Below, piece after piece: positions 16,772 to 28,833 of a stretch of DNA of 64,000 nucleotides. The stretch is taken from assembly GCA_045600505.1 (NCBI GenBank), contig JAZRYA010000018.1:47-64046 (forward strand), read 5' to 3'. Numbering within the stretch: position 1 is the stretch's first letter; the number at the start of each line of letters is the position of its first letter. The position numbers and the translations under genes are program-made. A model generated the notes under the pieces. The model searched no databases. It worked only from the letters and a program-made list of their open reading frames with translations, and was not told the DNA's origin. Source of the DNA: Bacteroidaceae bacterium. GTDB taxonomy: Bacteria > Bacteroidota > Bacteroidia > Bacteroidales > Bacteroidaceae.

Positions 16772-18180
16772 TGGAAACGTTTCTTGCCCTGATAGATTCG
16801 GTACAGAATTTCCTCTGGACCTATGTCGTCATCACCATGTTGGTGGGCTGCGCGGTGTACTTCACATGGAACCTGCGTGCAGTGCAGTTTGTGCGCATCC
16901 GTGAGATGTTGCGCATGTTGTGGCACAGCAACAGTGACGAGCAGAACGCGCAAAGCAACGGAGAGAAACACATCAATTCGTTTCAGGCTTTTGCTGTTAG
17001 TCTTTCCAGCCGTGTGGGTACAGGCAATCTTGCTGGTGTAGCCAGCGCTATTGCTGTGGGTGGTCCTGGTGCTGTCTTCTGGATGTGGATCATGGCGCTG
17101 CTGGGTGCTAGCACGGCCTTTATGGAGGCTACGTTGGCCCAACTGTTCAAGCGCAAGGGCACGGATGCCTTTTATGGTGGTCCTGCCTACTATATGCAGC
17201 ATGGCCTACACAGGCGCTGGATGGGTGTCATGTTTGCCGTCTTTATCATCTTTGGCTTTGGACTGGCCAATCAGATTGTGCAGAGCAACACGATATGTGA
17301 TGCGCTGGGTACGGCCTACGGTATCTCGCCCTTTCATGTGGGTGTGGTGCTGACGCTGTTGACCCTGGCCATCATCTTTGGCGGCATACAGCGCATCTCA
17401 CGCTTTGCCTCTATGGTGGTTCCGTTTATGGCAGTGGGCTATCTGTTGCTGGTGCTCTATATCCTGATCGTCAATGTGACGCAGATTCCTGCTATGTTTG
17501 CCTTGATCGTCAAGAGTGCTTTCGGCATAGAGCAGGCTGCTGGAGGTATGGTGGGTATGGCTGTAATGCAAGGCGTGAAACGTGGCCTCTTCAGCAACGA
17601 GGCAGGTGAGGGCAGTGCACCTAACGCTGCCGCTACTGCCAGCACTTCACATCCCGTGAAACAGGGTTTGTTGCAGGCCTTGGGCGTCTTTACTGACACA
17701 CTGGTCATCTGCACTTGCACGGCTTTTGCCATCATCCTGAGTGGCCTCTATGGCAGTGGCGAGGATGGCATCATCCTGACAGGCAGTGTGATGACCTACC
17801 ATCTGGGACAGTTTGGTCGCATGTTCCTGACTGTTGCCATCTTCTTGTTTGCCTATAGCACTATCATTGCCAACTATTTCTATGGTGAGACCAATATCCG
17901 TTTCATCAGCAATCGTGGGTGGGCAGTGCAGGGTTTCCGACTGGCTAGCGGTGTCGTAGTGCTGGCTGGTGGTTATCTGACATTGCAGCAGGCCTGGTGC
18001 ATTGTGGACCTTGCCATGGCATTGATGACGATTCTCAATCTAGTGGCTGTAATGCTCCTTTCCAAATATGCCTTTGCACTGTTCCGTAACTATATCGAGC
18101 AACGTAAGCAGGGAGTAGATCCCGTGTTCCATCGTTCTATGCTGCCCGAGGCGGAGAAAGATGTCGAGTGCTGGGACTAA
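16768..18180 (+). CDS. Alanine/glycine:cation symporter (AGCS family)
   Basis: Polytopic membrane protein with family-typical segments SRVGTGNLAGVA, GGPGAVFWMW and NEAGEGSAP. ATGA overlap with the upstream gene. Confidence 0.85.
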   Translation: MMETFLALIDSVQNFLWTYVVITMLVGCAVYFTWNLRAVQFVRIREMLRMLWHSNSDEQNAQSNGEKHINSFQAFAVSLSSRVGTGNLAGVASAIAVGGPGAVFWMWIMALLGASTAFMEATLAQLFKRKGTDAFYGGPAYYMQHGLHRRWMGVMFAVFIIFGFGLANQIVQSNTICDALGTAYGISPFHVGVVLTLLTLAIIFGGIQRISRFASMVVPFMAVGYLLLVLYILIVNVTQIPAMFALIVKSAFGIEQAAGGMVGMAVMQGVKRGLFSNEAGEGSAPNAAATASTSHPVKQGLLQALGVFTDTLVICTCTAFAIILSGLYGSGEDGIILTGSVMTYHLGQFGRMFLTVAIFLFAYSTIIANYFYGETNIRFISNRGWAVQGFRLASGVVVLAGGYLTLQQAWCIVDLAMALMTILNLVAVMLLSKYAFALFRNYIEQRKQGVDPVFHRSMLPEAEKDVECWD

Positions 18181-18200
18181 GACTCCAGACAGATAAAAAG

Positions 18201-18236
18201 ATGAGCGGGGCTCCCACATTCGGAAGTCCCGCTCAT
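18201..18236 (-). terminator. Terminator hairpin between convergent genes (strongest for gdhA)
   Basis: ATGAGCGGG (18201-18209) pairs with CCCGCTCAT (18228-18236). On the minus strand the hairpin is followed by CTTTTTATC. Confidence 0.75.
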
Positions 18237-18259
18237 AATATTGTGATGTACTTGCTATA

Positions 18260-19597
18260 TTATACTACACCCTGGGCCATCATTGCCTTGGCAACCTTCA
18301 TGAAGCCAGCAACGTTTGCACCCTTCACATAGTTGACGTAACCGTCAGCCTCGGTACCATACTTCACGCAGTTCTCGTGGATGTTCTCCATGATCCAGAG
18401 CAGTTTGGCGTCAACCTCCTCAGCTGACCATGACAGACGCTCTGAGTTCTGAGACATCTCCAGACCTGATACTGATACGCCACCAGCGTTAGAAGCCTTA
18501 CCGGGAGAGTAGAGGATCTTAGCATACTGGAATACCTTGATAGCATCGGGAGTGGTGGGCATGTTAGCACCCTCGGCAACAGCGAGAACACCGTTGGCAA
18601 CCAGAGCCTTAGCAGCCTCCTCGTTGAGCTCGTTCTGGGTAGCGCAAGGCAGAGCGATGTCAGCCTTCTCAAACCAGGGCTTTGCACCTTCTACGTACTT
18701 GGCAGTGGGATACTGCTCAACATATTCCTTGATACGACCACGGTATACGTTCTTCAGCTCTATGATGTAGTCGAGCTTAGCGCGATCGATACCATCGGGA
18801 TCGTAGATGTAACCGTCAGAGTCAGACATGGTCATTACGGTACCACCCAGCTGCAGAACCTTCTCAGCAGCATACTGAGCTACGTTACCAGCACCAGAAA
18901 TCAGCACCTTCTTGCCCTCTACCTTGTCGCCCTTGGTGGCCAACATAGCACGCAGGAAGTATACGGTACCATAACCAGTAGCCTCGGGACGAATCAGTGA
19001 ACCACCGAACTCGAGACCCTTACCGGTCAGCACACCGCTGAACTCGCGAGTGATCTTCTTGTACATACCAAACATGTAGCCAACCTCACGACCACCTACA
19101 CCGATATCACCAGCAGGTACATCAATGTCGGGACCGATATGACGGGTCAACTCCTGCATGAAGGCCTGACAGAAACGCATAACCTCTGCATTGCTCTTAC
19201 CACGGGGGCTGAAGTCTGAACCTCCCTTACCACCACCCATGGGCAAAGTGGTCAGAGAGTTCTTGAAGGTCTGCTCAAATGCCAAGAACTTCAGGATACC
19301 CAGGTTTACTGACTTGTGGAAACGGATACCGCCCTTGTAGGGGCCAATAGCGTTGTTGTGCTGTACACGGTAACCCATATTGGTCTGGTAGTTACCCTTG
19401 TCGTCCATCCAAGTTACACGGAACTGGAATACACGATCGGGAATGCACAAGCGCTCAATCAAATTTACCTTGTCAAACTCGGGGTGCTTGTTGTACTCGT
19501 CCTCGATGGTACTCAGCACCTCTTCAACTGCCTGATGATACTCGGGCTCGTTGGGGAAGCGTCTTTTCAGATCTTCCAATACCTTTTTTGCGTCCAT
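18260..19597 (-). CDS. gdhA: NAD(P)-specific glutamate dehydrogenase
   Basis: Start MDAKKVLEDL at the ATG at 19597. Motifs GPYKGGIRFH, LPMGGGKGGSDF and GAGNVAQY are present. The upstream track extension is non-coding. Confidence 0.95.
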   Translation of the reverse strand: MDAKKVLEDLKRRFPNEPEYHQAVEEVLSTIEDEYNKHPEFDKVNLIERLCIPDRVFQFRVTWMDDKGNYQTNMGYRVQHNNAIGPYKGGIRFHKSVNLGILKFLAFEQTFKNSLTTLPMGGGKGGSDFSPRGKSNAEVMRFCQAFMQELTRHIGPDIDVPAGDIGVGGREVGYMFGMYKKITREFSGVLTGKGLEFGGSLIRPEATGYGTVYFLRAMLATKGDKVEGKKVLISGAGNVAQYAAEKVLQLGGTVMTMSDSDGYIYDPDGIDRAKLDYIIELKNVYRGRIKEYVEQYPTAKYVEGAKPWFEKADIALPCATQNELNEEAAKALVANGVLAVAEGANMPTTPDAIKVFQYAKILYSPGKASNAGGVSVSGLEMSQNSERLSWSAEEVDAKLLWIMENIHENCVKYGTEADGYVNYVKGANVAGFMKVAKAMMAQGVV

Positions 19598-19655
19598 AAG
19601 TAGGATTGTTAGTTGTTTATTTGTTTTGTTTTTGTTGTTTGTTCTAAATCTTGGG

Positions 19656-19663
19656 CAAAGATA
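19656..19663 (-). promoter_or_regulatory. -7 promoter box TATCTTTG for gdhA with an A/C-rich unstructured leader
   Basis: The plus strand reads CAAAGATA. In the minus sense the leader between the box and the ATG is ...GAACAAACAACAAAAACAAAACAAATAAACAAC... Confidence 0.5.
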
Positions 19664-19736
19664 TGTAAATTTGTTGAAATAGCAAAGCAAATGCGAACAA
19701 AATGTTACTTTTGCCCGCATTTTTGTTTTCTTTTCG

Positions 19737-21239
19737 TTATTTTGCCATTATGGAGTCTTGTCTTATCTGTGCAGCAAACTCCTGTGGCTTGATGGTTACA
19801 GGTCCATGCATGAACTCTGGAATGTTGTACGAGCGCATGAACTCGCGGTGGTATTCGGGCTGGGCCTGAGGCAGCTCAAATGGCTTTGTCGCGCGCCCGT
19901 TCTTATCTATATGTGCAATGTAGGGGCGGGTGAAGTTTCCGTCAACTCGTCTGCTGCTGAAAATGATCCATCGACCATTGCTGCTCCACGAGTGGTAACT
20001 CTCTACATCGGGCGAGTTCAGTTCATCCATAGGACGAACATCTCGGTTCTGCAGGTCCATCAGATACAGGTCGGCGTCGGTGTGCCAGATGTGGAAGACT
20101 CCGTACTTTGCTTTCGTAAACATGAGGTAGCGACCATCAGGACTGATGCGGGGTAGGGTAGCGCTCATGCTATCTGTGGCAGCGTCATAGACGAGTTCTC
20201 TCTTTCCAAAGCTCTTTTTGCTGAGATTGAAGGGGCGACGATACAGATTATAGAATACCTTTTCGTAATTCAGAATCATGTCAAATTCCTTGGTCACTGC
20301 TTCTGCGGTGTCGAATTTCTCGTAATGAGCTGAGCAGTAATAGAGGTATTTGCCATCGGGGCTCCAGAAGGGGAAGCAGTCCAGGTCATTGGTGTCACAG
20401 ACGAGAGGCATCACCTCGTGAGCTTCAACATCGTAGAGCATCAGGTCGCTGTAGGAGTCCTGTACCTCTACCTTCTGGTTGTTGTGGGTGTGGAAGCTCT
20501 GGCCCGTGTGGTTGGTGCTGTAGGCAATCAGCTTTTCTGTGGGGTGCCAGGCGGGATATACGCCAGCGCTTACTGTCTTTCCTGTCTTCATGTCGATACG
20601 CTCCAATTTGCCATCGTAGGCAATGATAGTGCCGCCATGTGCCTGACGAACGTGGAACTGCATGCGGTTGGGGTCATAGTTCTGATAGCTATGGCAGTTG
20701 ATGCACTGGCCATCTTCCTCGTTGGTGTTTGCCATGTTGCCATAGATGATGGACTCGTCATAGTTCTCCAGGTTACGCTGGCAGATGGTCAGGTCCTCGT
20801 ATGTCACGTAGGAAGGTGCAATCAGGCGGTACGAGATATAGGGGTCAATCTCGTCGGGGCTGACATAGATGTGGAAGGGCTTGTGGCGCATCCACTTCTG
20901 ACCTTGGCAGGTAAAGACCTCGACAAGCAGGTCGTCGGATGCAGAAACCAGTGCTTTCCACTCCTTCTCACTGGGACATACATCTACTCCTCCATAGACA
21001 TAGCTCTCATTGCCCGATGAGACACGAGTCACGTAGTCCTCGGCCTCCATGTCAGTGTGGAAGGTGAGGGGAGCTATATTTTGGGGAACAGTTACGTCGA
21101 TATAGTCGGGATAGATGCTTGGCAGGGCGCTATTGTCGCTGTAGTTCGAAGGCACCTGGGCATCGTTGCAAGACATCAGTGATGCACATAGCATCAGGAT
21201 GCAGAGGATAGGGGATATGTAGTGCTTCATACGTCTCAT
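19737..21239 (-). CDS. Lipoprotein with a single CxxCH motif and a TolB/PD40-like beta-propeller C-terminal region
   Basis: Lipobox LMSCNDAQ, heme-c-type motif QCINCHS, and PD40-like repeats WSPDGKYLYY, ISPDGRYLMF and WSSNGRWIIF. The ATG at 21239 shares one nucleotide with the upstream stop (TGATG). Confidence 0.75.
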   Translation of the reverse strand: MRRMKHYISPILCILMLCASLMSCNDAQVPSNYSDNSALPSIYPDYIDVTVPQNIAPLTFHTDMEAEDYVTRVSSGNESYVYGGVDVCPSEKEWKALVSASDDLLVEVFTCQGQKWMRHKPFHIYVSPDEIDPYISYRLIAPSYVTYEDLTICQRNLENYDESIIYGNMANTNEEDGQCINCHSYQNYDPNRMQFHVRQAHGGTIIAYDGKLERIDMKTGKTVSAGVYPAWHPTEKLIAYSTNHTGQSFHTHNNQKVEVQDSYSDLMLYDVEAHEVMPLVCDTNDLDCFPFWSPDGKYLYYCSAHYEKFDTAEAVTKEFDMILNYEKVFYNLYRRPFNLSKKSFGKRELVYDAATDSMSATLPRISPDGRYLMFTKAKYGVFHIWHTDADLYLMDLQNRDVRPMDELNSPDVESYHSWSSNGRWIIFSSRRVDGNFTRPYIAHIDKNGRATKPFELPQAQPEYHREFMRSYNIPEFMHGPVTIKPQEFAAQIRQDSIMAK

Positions 21240-23119
21240 CAATTAGTCTTCTGGTCACGCACCAGGAAATAGAAGTAGTAGAATGTGTCGCCAAATTGGG
21301 GGTAGAAGGCAACCTTTTTCTGCTCGTCGGTCATCGAACCACACTGGGTGTTGAAGTTCATGAAATCGTCGTATTTCTTCTTCACCTCCTGGTCAAAGGG
21401 GATACGCTGTGCAGCCTCTGCATTGGTGAGAGGGGGCCACAACTCACTGACGCGGTTGGGCTCAAGCATGCAATAGAGATAGGCAGCCTCCTGGTAATGC
21501 GTGGGCACACGGAAGCCTTCGTCACCCTGGCGCATGTTGATATAGCGGTGGAATCGTGGCCAGAACAGTTCGATGTCCTTCATGATCATGGCACAGATCA
21601 GGGTGTTCTCCTGGTAGTATCGGTCTGCGCCTTGTCCGTTGGCAAATGTGCTCAGCAGATACATCTCGACTAGGGTGTTGTCGCCATCCAAACGGTCGGT
21701 AAACTGAGACATAGGCAGAATGGGAATCAGTTCCTCGTCCTTTTCCATCAGTTCAGGATGGTCGATAAAGGTCTCCCAATGCTCGGCCCACTCACGGTGA
21801 TAACGAGTTTTCTTCAGCAACTCGATGTACTTGCGAGCGACGCCCAGATCGTTGTTGACAATGCTGGTCTTGGTCATGTACTTCAGTACATTGACACTCC
21901 AACCAAACTCTACACCGTCCTCCATGCACCAGCGGTAGCAGAAGTCGGCCTTACCATAATTATAATAGAGCAGTTTGCCACCTACTTGGGTGATTTTGAC
22001 AGGTATCACCGAGTGCTGCTGCTCTGCTCCCTCGGGGTAGTGGAACATCTCGTCACCAGCACGTCCCAAACGGAACAAGGCAAGGTTTTTCTCCATTACC
22101 ATCACTCGGGTGGGAGGCATATTCTCGCCCATAGTCTTGTCCAGCATCACGCGAAGCACGCCTTCCCAATCGAGTTTCTCGATGCAGTTGGCCATGGCAA
22201 CCTCCTTGTAGAAATTGGTGTCACGATACCATTTCACGTTGACGCCCCATGCTGCACCAGCGAGGCACAGCACAGAGGCAAGTCCTGCCAACCACTTGTT
22301 GATGGGACGCTCGACCCACATCGGCAGTGTGGGCAAGAAGGCCAGCAGCAGAGCATAATAGGCAGTGTGGTATTCGGTAGCGTTCAGCTTGCCATATTGG
22401 TAAGAGGGGAGAGCGGCTGAATAGATGTAATCAGGTTGCACTTGACAGTAGAACAGTTGGCAAGCGATGGGTGGAACGGCAAGAATCAAAAGCATTCCCA
22501 ATGCAATGGGGGCAATGATGCGCAGCCACATGTCTTCTTTCTCCAGTTTCACAGGGATCATCATCAGTCCTGTACCTAGGAAACTCCATGTTCCCATGAG
22601 AGGGTAACCTGCTATGCCCCAAATGATCATCCAGATGAGGGGCAGACCTTTCTTGTTAGGGATGCATCGATAGATGAGGGCTGCCAGGATAGAGAAGAGC
22701 ACGCCCAAGGTGGGGACCCACTGATAACCCTGCAACTTCATGTAGTAAATCCAGTAGCCCGTCTGGGTGAGGCAGGCCAAAAGTGCCAGAGGAACCAATG
22801 CACTCAGGATGATGGTGAAGCCTTTCAACTTGCCCAGTCTGATGTAGAGCACCATGATGAGAGCCCAGGTTGCCATCAGCAGTGAGACTCCCACTGTAGG
22901 ATAGTGGAAGAACTGGGTCATGTATGCTGCCATCCAGGTCAGTGTGCCTCCTGGATAGATAGTGCTGGTGGCATAGAACATGCGTGTGGGGAGGAAGAGC
23001 GAGAGCTCCTGCATGCGGTAAAGCACCTCGGTCTCGCTATTCAGCAACAGCATGCCCATGACGGCCACAGAAACCAGAATAAACAGTCCTGCTGCTAGAT
23101 ATCCGATGTATTTCTTCAT
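21239..23119 (-). CDS. Large polytopic membrane protein with a soluble helical C-terminal domain (DUF6057-like)
   Basis: Start MKKYIGYLAAGLFILVSVAV at the ATG at 23119. About 9-10 hydrophobic helices occupy the first roughly 390 aa, followed by a roughly 240-aa helical repeat-like domain. The family name is recalled and was not verified. Confidence 0.7.
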   Translation of the reverse strand: MKKYIGYLAAGLFILVSVAVMGMLLLNSETEVLYRMQELSLFLPTRMFYATSTIYPGGTLTWMAAYMTQFFHYPTVGVSLLMATWALIMVLYIRLGKLKGFTIILSALVPLALLACLTQTGYWIYYMKLQGYQWVPTLGVLFSILAALIYRCIPNKKGLPLIWMIIWGIAGYPLMGTWSFLGTGLMMIPVKLEKEDMWLRIIAPIALGMLLILAVPPIACQLFYCQVQPDYIYSAALPSYQYGKLNATEYHTAYYALLLAFLPTLPMWVERPINKWLAGLASVLCLAGAAWGVNVKWYRDTNFYKEVAMANCIEKLDWEGVLRVMLDKTMGENMPPTRVMVMEKNLALFRLGRAGDEMFHYPEGAEQQHSVIPVKITQVGGKLLYYNYGKADFCYRWCMEDGVEFGWSVNVLKYMTKTSIVNNDLGVARKYIELLKKTRYHREWAEHWETFIDHPELMEKDEELIPILPMSQFTDRLDGDNTLVEMYLLSTFANGQGADRYYQENTLICAMIMKDIELFWPRFHRYINMRQGDEGFRVPTHYQEAAYLYCMLEPNRVSELWPPLTNAEAAQRIPFDQEVKKKYDDFMNFNTQCGSMTDEQKKVAFYPQFGDTFYYFYFLVRDQKTN

Positions 23120-23256
23120 TGTATTTCTGTAATTTGACGTCAAAGTTACGAAGAATTCTGCAAATATCAGCAAGTCTCCAAAAAAAATGATAGAAGTACA
23201 AGAGAGGCTGCCACATGACGTGACAGCCTCTCCTATGTTATCTATTGACTTGTGAA

Positions 23257-26427
<3,171 letters not shown>

Positions 26428-26451
26428 TTATAGTTTTAGTTGATTCTATGA

Positions 26452-26459
26452 CAAAGGTA
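26452..26459 (-). promoter_or_regulatory. -7 promoter box TACCTTTG for the GH2 gene
   Basis: The plus strand reads CAAAGGTA, 31 nt upstream of the ATG at 26421 and downstream of the 26495-26534 terminator. Confidence 0.5.
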
Positions 26460-26494
26460 CAAAAATAATTTATGATTATCGCAATTAATCCTAT

Positions 26495-26534
26495 TTTTTA
26501 ATAAAAAAGCCCGATTGCGTATTGCAATCGGGCT
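26495..26534 (-). terminator. Rho-independent terminator after SusD-1
   Basis: AGCCCGATTGC (26508-26518) pairs with GCAATCGGGCT (26524-26534). On the minus strand the hairpin is followed by TTTTTTATTAAAAAA. Confidence 0.85.
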
Positions 26535-26573
26535 ATTGTGTTAACGATTCTCCTATGATGGAGACGTTATAGA

Positions 26574-28820
26574 TTAGTATGCGGGCAGGGGGAAGTACCA
26601 GTTCTTAGGATTAGACAACTTGCCCTCCAGTGAAGCATCACGCTTAGCAACGCGCTTAGCCAGATAGCTAGCGTCGCCACGACGGTGAGCAACACGCATC
26701 AGGTCAAAGAAACGGGTACCCTCGAATGCGAGCTCGAGAGCTTCCTCGTCTACGATCAGATCCTCTACGCACTTCTTGACAACGTCATCGTACTCGCCGC
26801 TGTAGATGTCCTCCTTGGTCAGGGTTACACCATACTCAGCCTTTGCCTTCTCAGCAACCTTGTCAATGTAGTTGTAACGAGAGGTGTTCTCATCGAATCG
26901 GATGATACCGCAACCATGTGAGTGGATACCCACGGTCACCTTGTCGTCACCCTCCATAGCGTAGGCCTTGGTCTCACCACGCTGGGTAAGAGAGGTGCGG
27001 AAGGGGATAGACTGGCTAGATACGTTACCGTTGAACTCCTCGAAGTCGAAGTTCAGGAAGGTAGGATTGCTGACAACCTCGCGACGATCCAGATAGTTCA
27101 GGATAGTGCTAGAAGCAAGACCCTCATCTGCATAGTTGGTATATCCATCCTGGTAAGAAACTGAATCTACAGAATATGCAAGAACTGTCTCATAGTTAGT
27201 GGTGTCAACTTTGGCAGCCAGTGCAGCCCATGCTTCGTCGGCAGTAGCAAAGAAGTAGTCTTTAACTTCTACTGCAGTCTCGTCCTTCAATACATTGTGC
27301 ATTACAGAATCCTGATCCATGTAACGTGCACGGTATCCAAAGGTATATACAGCATACTGATCCTCGGTGGGATACCACAGGCTGTTGTTGCAAAGACCAT
27401 TCTTCAGGATAGCAAATGCATATGAAGGATAGCCTGCACCACACAGAGCCTCGGCATAGCGCAACCAGATCATGCTCTTACGATAGATCATAGGATAAAC
27501 AGTGGTGAATCCACCATTGGGGTTCTGCTTGGTTACGAACTTCTCGGTGTTGCTTACACCGTTGGGGTAGGTCTGACGAACGTCACGTACCCAGTACTGA
27601 CGAGCATCGCCGACAACGGGGTCTACTACCAGATTGTAGGTGCTCAGAGCATTGTCACGAGAACCGATGTAAACCTCAAACTCCTGGCTCTTGCAGAGGT
27701 CGAAGTAGTACTGGCTTGCACGCAGCTGCTTCTTGTCATACTGAGGAGTCAAAGATACTGATGCGACGGTGGTAGTATCCTGCTCGTCGGTACGTACGCG
27801 GATTTCTGCGTCGTAGCCAAACAGCTCATTCACACCACGGAGTACGTTACCCCACAGCTTGTTGGTACTGCTGGGGATGGCGGTAACTGCCTCCTGAGTA
27901 CGGCTCTGTGCACCAGTCTCAGTCCAAGGAGTACCTGATGCGTTTGGAGTGTATTCGGGCTTATCAGCACCTTCCTCCTGGATACCGGTAAAGTTGTAGC
28001 CATTGGGCAGTGCACCACCAGGAGCAACCTTACTCATACCCATATCTGCACCCAGATAGTTGTAGTAGTACTGAGCAGCCTTCTTGCAGCTCTCGGTATC
28101 ACCCTTGGTCAGGAACAGGTCACCCAGGATGACGTTCAAGGGAATCATAGCCTTGGTGCTGTGGCAGACGTTGGCGGTGTAACCATACTTCTCGTAGCTG
28201 GGGAAGCCATAGGTCTTCTCGATAACCTCAGCAGCAACCAGACGCTCCTCGAGCAGGTCGGCCAGGTTGTCAGCGTTGGCAACCTGATGCTTACTGTTCA
28301 TGAATGCGTTGAGATCGTCGGTGGTCAGCAGGGGCTCGGTGTAGAAGGGAACCTCACCATAGACCTGAATCAGCTGCAAGTATACCCATGCGCGGATAGC
28401 CTCGACCTGAGCATACTCCTTCATCATGTAGGGCTGCAGGGTACCGGTAACACGAGTGGTGTCACACTTTGCCAGATAAGCGTTACATGAGTTGATCACG
28501 TGATAGTAGTCGCTAGCCTTGAGGTAGCGATTAGAACCATCGATAGCAGCCTCCATGTCAAAGTTCAGGATGCTGTTGATAGAATCGCTGAGATAGCTGG
28601 TTCCCTCGATCAGTTCACCACGGCACTCACCCAGCACTACATAGCGCTCACCGATGTTCTGCAGAGATTTGAGGATACCCCAGTAAGAGTACAGGGTATC
28701 CTGAGCAACCTCGTAAGAGTGACGCTCGCTATTGGGAGAAAGCATATCCTCGCATGAGGTGGCAATCATGCCAAAACTCATGCAGCAGATAAGCAGACTT
28801 ATAATAGATTTCTGTTTCAT
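26574..28820 (-). CDS. SusD/RagB-family outer-membrane lipoprotein (pair 1, unusually long at 748 aa)
   Basis: Lipobox IATSCEDM. It sits directly downstream of a SusC-like gene. A helical TPR-like N-terminal region and a C-terminal RFFDLMR-type motif (GTRFFDLMRVAHRR) are present. Confidence 0.85.
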   Translation of the reverse strand: MKQKSIISLLICCMSFGMIATSCEDMLSPNSERHSYEVAQDTLYSYWGILKSLQNIGERYVVLGECRGELIEGTSYLSDSINSILNFDMEAAIDGSNRYLKASDYYHVINSCNAYLAKCDTTRVTGTLQPYMMKEYAQVEAIRAWVYLQLIQVYGEVPFYTEPLLTTDDLNAFMNSKHQVANADNLADLLEERLVAAEVIEKTYGFPSYEKYGYTANVCHSTKAMIPLNVILGDLFLTKGDTESCKKAAQYYYNYLGADMGMSKVAPGGALPNGYNFTGIQEEGADKPEYTPNASGTPWTETGAQSRTQEAVTAIPSSTNKLWGNVLRGVNELFGYDAEIRVRTDEQDTTTVASVSLTPQYDKKQLRASQYYFDLCKSQEFEVYIGSRDNALSTYNLVVDPVVGDARQYWVRDVRQTYPNGVSNTEKFVTKQNPNGGFTTVYPMIYRKSMIWLRYAEALCGAGYPSYAFAILKNGLCNNSLWYPTEDQYAVYTFGYRARYMDQDSVMHNVLKDETAVEVKDYFFATADEAWAALAAKVDTTNYETVLAYSVDSVSYQDGYTNYADEGLASSTILNYLDRREVVSNPTFLNFDFEEFNGNVSSQSIPFRTSLTQRGETKAYAMEGDDKVTVGIHSHGCGIIRFDENTSRYNYIDKVAEKAKAEYGVTLTKEDIYSGEYDDVVKKCVEDLIVDEEALELAFEGTRFFDLMRVAHRRGDASYLAKRVAKRDASLEGKLSNPKNWYFPLPAY

Positions 28821-28833
28821 ATTCTTTATTGAA

